IMG/VR virus record: IMGVR_UViG_3300031088_000819
Source: a virus
Lineage: Duplodnaviria > Heunggongvirae > Uroviricota > Caudoviricetes
Direction: 5' to 3' (one strand)
Length of the DNA: 14,014 nucleotides
Of the stretch, positions 1 through 6,199 are shown piece after piece (positions within the stretch are counted from its first letter, which is position 1; the number at the start of each line of letters is the position of its first letter). Under the pieces are notes generated by a model that saw only the letters and a list, made by a program, of their open reading frames with translations, made no database searches and had not been told where the DNA came from. The translations under genes were made by a program, and so were the position numbers.

Positions 1-693
1 TTGAAGCTCACCATCGCAGAATGTTCAGCCGTCTACAGTGGCCGGGGTGATAGCACTCTCGCTCGAGGGCTACGAGCCATACTCATCAAAAGCGACGGAT
101 CTGTCTCTATCCACAACGACAATAGCAACAAGCCTCTAAACTATATGAAGACAGCTTCTCAGACTATCTCTAGGAATAGCGAAGGCGAAGAGGTTTGGAG
201 CTTCGATGCGAGGCATGAGACGCTGTCTATCACGATCCACCAGCTCTACAGCAGCTTCGAGGAGCAGCTGCTGGATAAGTCTAACGAGCCGGGGCTCAAA
301 GCGGATGGCACCGAGGCGCAGCTCCAACAGTGGCTCTTCGAGAATCCCAGCGCTCTTGGTGATGGCATAGTGCCTATTCAGCGGGAGTTCCAAACGGGCG
401 CTGGCGCTGTGGACATTCTCGCAGTGGGCGCGGATGGCCTACCCATCGCCGTTGAAATCAAGAGAACAGCAACTGCAGAAGCCGCCGATCAGGTGCGGCG
501 CTACGTGGAGAACATGAGATTGCTTCCTCCAGCTAGCCTACCCCATCCCATCACCGGAGCTCCTATCAGCCTCGATTTTTCTCAAACTACTGGCATGATT
601 GCTGCGTTGGATCTCCGGCCCAAGCTCCTCGATCTCGCAAAGCGCCGTGGCGTGGAGACAGTTCAAGTTCCCGCCTATTGGAAGAAACCCTAG
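1..693 (+). CDS. nucS: Mismatch-specific endonuclease NucS/EndoMS homolog, divergent
   Basis: Colinear with actinobacterial NucS: MKLTIAECSAVYSGR, IKSDGSVSIH, KPLNYM (normally KPLNWM), PGLKADGTEAQLQ, REFQTGAGAVDIL, AVEIKR (PD-(D/E)xK catalytic motif) and DQVRRY (RecB-type QxxxY). TTG at base 1 matches the usual N-terminus, so the gene appears complete. Confidence 0.92.
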   Translation: MKLTIAECSAVYSGRGDSTLARGLRAILIKSDGSVSIHNDNSNKPLNYMKTASQTISRNSEGEEVWSFDARHETLSITIHQLYSSFEEQLLDKSNEPGLKADGTEAQLQQWLFENPSALGDGIVPIQREFQTGAGAVDILAVGADGLPIAVEIKRTATAEAADQVRRYVENMRLLPPASLPHPITGAPISLDFSQTTGMIAALDLRPKLLDLAKRRGVETVQVPAYWKKP

Positions 694-732
694 TAAGGAG
701 AGGGGGCTTAAAGGCCTCCCGCTACACCGTAG

Positions 733-855
733 GGCATGATCTGAGCGATTTTCAGGGCTCCAACGTAAACACATGTGTATCCCCGGTTTTGGACGCTCAG
801 ATCGCCGCTTATAGCTTGGGCGATAGTAGCTATCCTGGATTCAACTAGAATCCAG
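733..855. other. Palindrome-rich intergenic element between nucS and the thioredoxin gene
   Basis: Perfect inverted repeats: GATCTGAGCG 738-747 / CGCTCAGATC 794-803; TCCAA 759-763 / TTGGA 789-793; palindrome ACACATGTGT 769-778; ATCGCC 801-806 / GGCGAT 819-824; CTGGATTC 835-842 / GAATCCAG 848-855. Function unknown. Confidence 0.45.
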
Positions 856-871
856 AGAGGAGCGCAGAGCT

Positions 872-1189
872 ATGGTTACTATTCAGACAACTGCCGCCAA
901 CCACAAGCAGCTGATTTCAGAGGGCACAGTAGTGCTCGACTTCTGGGCGCCCTGGTGTGGTCCCTGTATTAGCTTTGCACCAGTCTTCGAAGAGGCCAGC
1001 GAGAACAATGTTGGAATAGCTTTTGGCAAGGTGAATGTGGATGAAGAACCAGAACTTGCAGCTCAATATGGAATTCGTTCTATCCCCACTCTAGTGGTGC
1101 TCAAAGATGGTAGAATCGTCCGCAGAGAGGTGGGTGCGTTAAGTGCAGGCGCCCTCGAAGAGCTTCTGAAAAATTTTTCCAATTATTAA
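872..1189 (+). CDS. trxA: Thioredoxin
   Basis: VVLDFWAPWCGPC active site, GKVNVDEEPELAAQYGIRSIPTL cis-Pro motif, 105 aa; AGGAG at 858-862 upstream of the ATG. Confidence 0.95.
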   Translation: MVTIQTTAANHKQLISEGTVVLDFWAPWCGPCISFAPVFEEASENNVGIAFGKVNVDEEPELAAQYGIRSIPTLVVLKDGRIVRREVGALSAGALEELLKNFSNY

Positions 1190-1227
1190 TTATTAGAAAA
1201 TCTTCCCACTAAGGTAGGAGGTTGCAA

Positions 1228-1812
1228 ATGTCAAATGCACCACGATTTCATACTGGCCCCAATGGCCCAGGTCCGTGTCGCGCTCAATCTGGCGGTCGAG
1301 GTTGTCCCTTTGACCCCAACGCCACAGGAGAAAATCACTATGATTCTATGGAAAAGGCAGTTGCGGCCTTCGAAGATAAAATGGCTAATGAATATGGTTT
1401 AAATGTCACAGTTGAGAAGCCTGAACATGGTTGGGACATAAGTGAGGGTAAAGAGCTCTTTAGCTATAGCAATTCTATACATGGTACTTCGGTAGATGCT
1501 AAAGTTGCCAACATAGATGAAGATGGCACAGCAACTGTCGCTTTGGATTTTTATGCTATAGACGAGGGTGATTCTGACGCTGTAATAGATGATGTTCTTA
1601 GCAGACTCGATGAGAGTGGCTATGGAAATGATGAAGTCAATTTTGAAATCACCAGCAAGTATGGCATTGATAGATCTGAGGCAATCTATGATCCCGAATA
1701 CGAAGATGATGAACCAGATGTTAAATATCCTCTAGAACTGGGTGGGGTTGGGAAAGCCTACGGCGTAGCAAGACGCGGGAGTGACGGGAAATGGGAAAAC
1801 GCTAGTGAATAG
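1228..1812 (+). CDS. Hypothetical acidic protein with N-terminal H-C-C-H (CxA..CPF..HY) leader
   Basis: AGGAGG at 1216-1221, 6 nt before ATG 1228, so this start is preferred over TTG 1222. N-terminus RFHTGPNGPGPCRAQSGGRGCPF...HYDSMEKAVAAFEDKM; the remainder is about one quarter Asp/Glu. Followed by a terminator. Confidence 0.8.
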   Translation: MSNAPRFHTGPNGPGPCRAQSGGRGCPFDPNATGENHYDSMEKAVAAFEDKMANEYGLNVTVEKPEHGWDISEGKELFSYSNSIHGTSVDAKVANIDEDGTATVALDFYAIDEGDSDAVIDDVLSRLDESGYGNDEVNFEITSKYGIDRSEAIYDPEYEDDEPDVKYPLELGGVGKAYGVARRGSDGKWENASE

Positions 1813-1848
1813 ATTTTGAACATCTAAAGGCATTCAACTTGCTCAATT

Positions 1849-1881
1849 GGGGGCGCCAGAAATTTCTGGTGCCTCCTTTTT
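1849..1881 (+). terminator. Intrinsic terminator after the acidic-protein gene
   Basis: GGGGGCGCCAGA-aatt-TCTGGTGCCTCC, a 12-bp stem with two G-U pairs, followed by TTTTT. Confidence 0.8.
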
Positions 1882-1894
1882 GTGTTCAGATCTT

Positions 1895-1903
1895 TGTTAG
1901 ACT
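1895..1903 (+). promoter_or_regulatory. Extended -10 element (TGnTAGACT) for a probably leaderless glf transcript
   Basis: TG 1895-1896, TAGACT 1898-1903, then 6 nt to ATG 1910. No Shine-Dalgarno, and it lies just past a terminator. This geometry is typical of actinobacterial leaderless mRNAs. Confidence 0.6.
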
Positions 1904-1909
1904 GAATCT

Positions 1910-3307
1910 ATGACACAATTTGAACCGGATCTTCTCGTAGTTGGTGCAGGCATCTTTGGCCTCACCGTTGCCCGCAAGGCTGCCGATGACGGCCATAGAG
2001 TGCTTGTGCTCGAGCGCCGAAGCCACATCGGTGGCAACTGCTATGATTACCGCGATCCAGAGACTGGCGTCATGGTACACAAGTATGGCTCCCATCTTCT
2101 CCACTCCCCCAACGCTGAAGTCTGGGACTTTCTAGGTCGCTTCACAGATTTCTCCAACTATGAGCACCGAGTTTTTGCCAACGCCGGCGGACAGGTCTAC
2201 TCCTTTCCCATGAACCTGAGCCTCATTGCTCAGGTCTATGGTCGCTATTTCAGTCCCGAAGAGGCTAAGGAACTCATCACAGAGGAAGCTTCGGAGTTTA
2301 GCTCCAAAGAGGCAAAGAACCTCGAAGAGAAAGCCATCAGCCTCGTGGGTAGGAAGCTCTACGAGAAGTTCATCAAGGGCTACACCTCGAAGCAGTGGCA
2401 AACTTCTCTCACAGAGCTCGATCCCTCCATCATCACTCGTCTGCCGGTGCGCTACAGCTTTGACAATCGCTACTTCAGTGATAAGCACCAGGGGCAGCCA
2501 GCCGAAGGCTACACGGCCATGTTTCAGAAGATGGTGGATCACCCTCTCATAGAGGTTCGCTACGGTGTGGACTACTTTGCCGAGAAAGCTGCAGGAAACT
2601 TCGAGAACATTCCAACGGTCTACACGGGGCCTCTGGATGAGTACTTCGGCTACGATCTAGGTAGGCTCCAGTGGCGCACGGTGGACTTCGAGAACGAAGT
2701 TCTGGATGTGGATGATTTCCAGGGCACTTCGGTAATGAACTACAATGACGAGGAAGTTCCCTACACTAGGATCCTTGAGCACCAGCACTACGATCCCCAA
2801 GCCGCTGATAGCAAGGTCGCTGGCAAGACAATCATCAGCCGGGAGTACTCCCGCTTCGCTGAGCCCGGGGATGAGGTCTACTACCCCATCAATAGCGATG
2901 CTAACAGGGAGCTGGCAGCTGTCTACAAGAGGCGAGCTAAAGCCGAAGAAGAGCGGGGAGTCTACTTCGGTGGAAGGCTGGCTACTTTCACATATCTTGA
3001 TATTTGGCAGGCAACAAATAGTGCTATGCATCTCTACGGAAAGAAGCTCCAGGATAAGCTATCCATTGCTGCCTCGGTTCCGTTGAGAGTGCAACAGCTC
3101 CGAGATCTCATAGAAGAGCTTGTGCTGATTGTTCGGGAGTTCGGCGGCGAGGGTCCCGGCGATGAGATTAAATACGAGCTCGTTAGGCGCACTGGAGTGG
3201 CTATGAGCGATGCTCATTACATCGCCAACAGTGCAGTGGCTGACCACAGGATTGAATATAGTCTGCGCAGCGATAGAATCAAGCTGATCGGAGAGATCGG
3301 GGACTAG
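1910..3307 (+). CDS. glf: UDP-galactopyranose mutase (Glf/UGM) with an ~80-aa C-terminal extension
   Basis: FAD Rossmann motif VVGAGIFG, ERRSHIGGNCY, YGSHLLH, YEHRV, KQWQT, RLPVRYSFDNRYF, YTRILEH, YYPIN and GGRLATFTYLD match the flavin-dependent UGM family along its whole length. The ORF continues about 80 aa past where known UGMs end. Confidence 0.95.
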   Translation: MTQFEPDLLVVGAGIFGLTVARKAADDGHRVLVLERRSHIGGNCYDYRDPETGVMVHKYGSHLLHSPNAEVWDFLGRFTDFSNYEHRVFANAGGQVYSFPMNLSLIAQVYGRYFSPEEAKELITEEASEFSSKEAKNLEEKAISLVGRKLYEKFIKGYTSKQWQTSLTELDPSIITRLPVRYSFDNRYFSDKHQGQPAEGYTAMFQKMVDHPLIEVRYGVDYFAEKAAGNFENIPTVYTGPLDEYFGYDLGRLQWRTVDFENEVLDVDDFQGTSVMNYNDEEVPYTRILEHQHYDPQAADSKVAGKTIISREYSRFAEPGDEVYYPINSDANRELAAVYKRRAKAEEERGVYFGGRLATFTYLDIWQATNSAMHLYGKKLQDKLSIAASVPLRVQQLRDLIEELVLIVREFGGEGPGDEIKYELVRRTGVAMSDAHYIANSAVADHRIEYSLRSDRIKLIGEIGD

Positions 3308-3515
3308 AGCTCAGCGGGAGCCTAATTCCAATCTACCATGATCCCACGAGCTGCCATCCTGAAGGTCGATGTCTTGTTTTTCTAGAATCTGGCAAAACCG
3401 AACCTCATGGGTCTTTAGATATAGCTTTCACAGGGAATCTCTGGCGGAAATCTCGTTAGAGTGATCTCACTAGTAGCACCACCCAAAATAGGTTGTAGAG
3501 AGGGAAACCAACACA

Positions 3516-4997
3516 ATGGCCGAAACACCAAAAAAGCCCAAGAGCAGAGGGCCGATTCCGCTCTTAGGCGATGGCGCCAAGAATAGGAATCGCAGGGTTA
3601 GCCTCCCCGCGGAGAGCACCATGGAGTTCCATCCGGAGTTCCCCATCGGAGACATCGTTCCCCGGGAGAAGGAAACTCGCTACCACTCCGAGGACACTCG
3701 CCAGGTGATCCTCGACCAGCTGGAAAACTTCGGCTGGGTTGCTCCCATTGTGTTGGATGCCGATCACAACATCGTGGATGGCCAGTATCGCTATGAGATC
3801 GCCCTCGACCAGGGCTTCAAAACGGTGCCCGTGGTGGTGAGCACGGGCGTCTCCAAGGAGAACGGCACTACGGACCTCTTCCACATGCTTGGTAACAGGA
3901 TTGTGGAATGGGACAAGTGGAACTTTGCGGCAACTGATGCTGTGCTCAAGGAGCTCGATGGTGGCCTGACCACTGAGAAGCTCCTTGGCCACGACGTGCC
4001 CTCGGAGAAGGGCAAGTTCCGTGAAATCGCCAAGCGGATCGGCTGGTTTGTGGACATCGTCCCCAAGGTGCTCACGGGTTCCTCCGTAACGCTGGAGAAG
4101 CTGGCTCGGCTGCTCACCAAGCAGCTCGCTGGCAAGTACCACTACGATCCCGCACAGCTGCTCTTCATCGAGTCCTTCAGGGAAGAGCTCGAAAACACTC
4201 GCAAGGAAATGATCGCCAATGGCGATGTCGTGGGCGGTGTGGAGATGAAGCTCAAGAAGCACCAGAACGAAGAGGCCGATCTCATGGCCCGCTCCCAGAA
4301 GGTGGCCGAAGAGCAGGGCATCGAACTCGAGTACCAGTGGATTGACACAGACGCCACGGAGAGCACTCCAGCTGAGGATGTGGATAGCGGCGTTCGAGCC
4401 ATCGAAGATAGTGAGGTTCTAGGCACGGCCGTCTTCAGCGCAGACGCTGAGATCCAGTACATCATCGAAAAGGTGGCCCGACTGGACAGGGAGGGCCGCG
4501 TCCAGGTGCAGACAGCTGCCGACATGAGGGCGCTTTTCAAGCCCCAGCCCGACGCCAAGCTCATGAACCTCCGGCAGTTCAAGCTCATGGCCTACCACTT
4601 CGGCGACATGGGTCTCCAAGAGGCGGAAGATTTCTACAATCTCCACTCCGCCGAGGCCTTCAACGCCAAGGTCGAAGAGATCATGGCCAACGGCAAGTCC
4701 ATTCCGGCAGCCCGCTCAAAGAACTTCCCACAGAACGAGGAGGAGACCCGGGCGGAGCTCAAGAGGCTCGCCGAGGAGGATGAGGCTCGGCTCGCCAAGG
4801 AGTTGTCCAAGTCCAAGGCCGCTGGTCCAAAGGAGCTAACTGTGGCTCAGCTTAGGAAGCTCATCTCTGACAATGGCGCTAAGCCCTCTGGCACCAAGAA
4901 GCAGGAGCTCCAGGATCAGCTCCGTGAGCTGGGCTTCGATGGCTATGGGAACCCCATCGAGAAGACCGAAGAGCTAGCAGGGGGAGAAGAGCAGTAA
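3516..4997 (+). CDS. Phage-type ParB/Srx-like domain protein with C-terminal SAP/Rho-N-like DNA-binding motif
   Basis: N-terminal ETRYH..LENFGWVAPIVLD..IVDGQYR..VPVVV..GNRIVEWDKWN resembles the ParB-like domain of phage DNA-modification proteins. C-terminal ELTVAQLRKLISDNGAKPSGTKKQELQDQL is a helix-extension-helix pattern. The stop overlaps the next start (TAATG). Confidence 0.8.
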   Translation: MAETPKKPKSRGPIPLLGDGAKNRNRRVSLPAESTMEFHPEFPIGDIVPREKETRYHSEDTRQVILDQLENFGWVAPIVLDADHNIVDGQYRYEIALDQGFKTVPVVVSTGVSKENGTTDLFHMLGNRIVEWDKWNFAATDAVLKELDGGLTTEKLLGHDVPSEKGKFREIAKRIGWFVDIVPKVLTGSSVTLEKLARLLTKQLAGKYHYDPAQLLFIESFREELENTRKEMIANGDVVGGVEMKLKKHQNEEADLMARSQKVAEEQGIELEYQWIDTDATESTPAEDVDSGVRAIEDSEVLGTAVFSADAEIQYIIEKVARLDREGRVQVQTAADMRALFKPQPDAKLMNLRQFKLMAYHFGDMGLQEAEDFYNLHSAEAFNAKVEEIMANGKSIPAARSKNFPQNEEETRAELKRLAEEDEARLAKELSKSKAAGPKELTVAQLRKLISDNGAKPSGTKKQELQDQLRELGFDGYGNPIEKTEELAGGEEQ

Positions 4998-6013
4998 TGG
5001 ATCACATCTACATCCCCTCTCGCGGCAGAGCGAAGACGGCCTCCACCCACAAGCACTTCGAGTTCTTCGGCCACCACGGCTGGACCTATGTGGTGGAACC
5101 CCAGGATCAGCTCAACTACATTCGGATGCTCGAAAAGCAGGGCATAGAAAACCCCTATGAGCATGTCTTTGTCTTCGACGTGGACATCTACAAGGAGGCC
5201 TACGACAGGGTTAACAATCCTCTGGGCTACAACTACTTCGATGACCTCGGTTGGCGCCCTGGCCTCACCACGGGCCCTGGCCCAGCGCGCAACGCGATCC
5301 ACCAGCTGGCTCGGGAGCGGGGCCAAGAGCACTACTACATGCTCGACGATGACATCCTCAACTTCGGAGTGGATTCCTTCTTCTTCCAGAAGGGTGTCTA
5401 CAGGCAGGCCACGAGCAAGGCGCCCGCCAAGGAGCGGATCAATCTCGTAAAGTTCTTCGAGCTCTTCGAACGCTGGCTCGATAAGTACGAGAACGTGGGC
5501 CTAGCGGAGTTCGAAAAGGCCGGCATGGCCATGAACCACCGTAAGAACAAACATCTTTCGTTCAACTCGAAAACTTACTCCTGCATTAGGATCCCCACGA
5601 AGATCGAATCTCCCTGGGAAGGCCGCTACAATGATGATGTCTGCGCGAGTCTCAATGTGCTGAGAAAGGGCTTCGTCAATGTGAGCTCCAAGATGGTGGC
5701 CTACCAGACCCCCGAGTCCCAGAAGCAGGCCGGCGGCATGACGGAAGCTTTTGCGGCAGTTGGTGGAACCTTCGACAAGGTGAAGTATCTGCTGAAGGCC
5801 TACCCCGAGGTTTCCGATCTGGCGCTGAAGTTTGGAAGAATGCACCATCAGGTTTCCTACAACCGCTACAACAGCCCCCTGATCCTCAAGCCGGGCGCCT
5901 CGCTGGATGACCTGGTCTTCGACCTCGAGGATGTCTTCGGCGACCAGTTGGCCGACAGGGTGCTAGCCGAGGGGAAGTTCTTGGATGGCATAGCTCTGGA
6001 GCATTTGCTCTAA
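4997..6013 (+). CDS. TAGT/GREB1-like GT-A fold glycosyltransferase (phage DNA-modification type)
   Basis: IYIPSRGR, YVVEPQD, FDDLG..TGPGPARN, metal-binding YYMLDDDI, KTYSCIRI, WEGRYNDD, QKQAGGMTE and FGRMHHQVSY follow, in order, the motifs of the TET-associated glycosyltransferase family related to T-even beta-glucosyl-HMC alpha-glucosyltransferase. Confidence 0.85.
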   Translation: MDHIYIPSRGRAKTASTHKHFEFFGHHGWTYVVEPQDQLNYIRMLEKQGIENPYEHVFVFDVDIYKEAYDRVNNPLGYNYFDDLGWRPGLTTGPGPARNAIHQLARERGQEHYYMLDDDILNFGVDSFFFQKGVYRQATSKAPAKERINLVKFFELFERWLDKYENVGLAEFEKAGMAMNHRKNKHLSFNSKTYSCIRIPTKIESPWEGRYNDDVCASLNVLRKGFVNVSSKMVAYQTPESQKQAGGMTEAFAAVGGTFDKVKYLLKAYPEVSDLALKFGRMHHQVSYNRYNSPLILKPGASLDDLVFDLEDVFGDQLADRVLAEGKFLDGIALEHLL

Positions 6014-6024
6014 GTTCTGGTTTT

Positions 6025-6066
6025 CTAGAGGGTGTCTGATTTTCATTGGACACCCTCTAGTTGTTT
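6025..6066 (+). terminator. Intrinsic terminator after the parB-glycosyltransferase pair
   Basis: CTAGAGGGTGTC 6025-6036 / GACACCCTCTAG 6049-6060, a perfect 12-bp stem followed by TTGTTT. Confidence 0.8.
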
Positions 6067-6139
6067 CCAGGTGATAGGAGAACGTAGTTGTCAGAACGGT
6101 AACTGTGGGATTTTTCCCAGTGCGATTTGCATTGGTGTT

Positions 6140-6145
6140 TAGACT
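6140..6145 (+). promoter_or_regulatory. Possible -10 element (TAGACT) of the M23 gene
   Basis: Same hexamer as upstream of glf, located after a terminator and ~55 nt before the preferred GTG start. No convincing -35. Confidence 0.35.
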
Positions 6146-6199
6146 ATGTATGATTGTTCTGACACCACCCGTTCCCAACTAACAAAGGCAACGCTCAAA

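Noticed and set aside
702-719. GGGGGC-ttaaag-GCCTCC hairpin after nucS
   Set aside because: Only 6 bp with a G-U pair and no U-tract; too weak to call a terminator.
775-972. 65-aa + strand ORF overlapping the thioredoxin start
   Set aside because: No SD or motif, and it overlaps the well-supported trxA in another frame.
3308-3515. Possible ncRNA or terminator in the glf-parB spacer
   Set aside because: Only short imperfect pairings (AGCTC/GAGCT, AGTGA/TCACT) and a T-run with no proper stem.
3564-5848. Several minus-strand ORFs (232, 148, 129, 115 aa and others) over parB and the glycosyltransferase
   Set aside because: Shadow frames of GC3-biased genes; no motifs or translation signals.
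1910-6013. Reading glf plus glycosyltransferase as an ordinary cell-wall/capsule galactan locus
   Set aside because: Not excluded but disfavoured: the transferase has TAGT-type rather than GlfT/GT2 motifs, no membrane segment, is coupled to a ParB protein, and no export or polymerisation genes are nearby.
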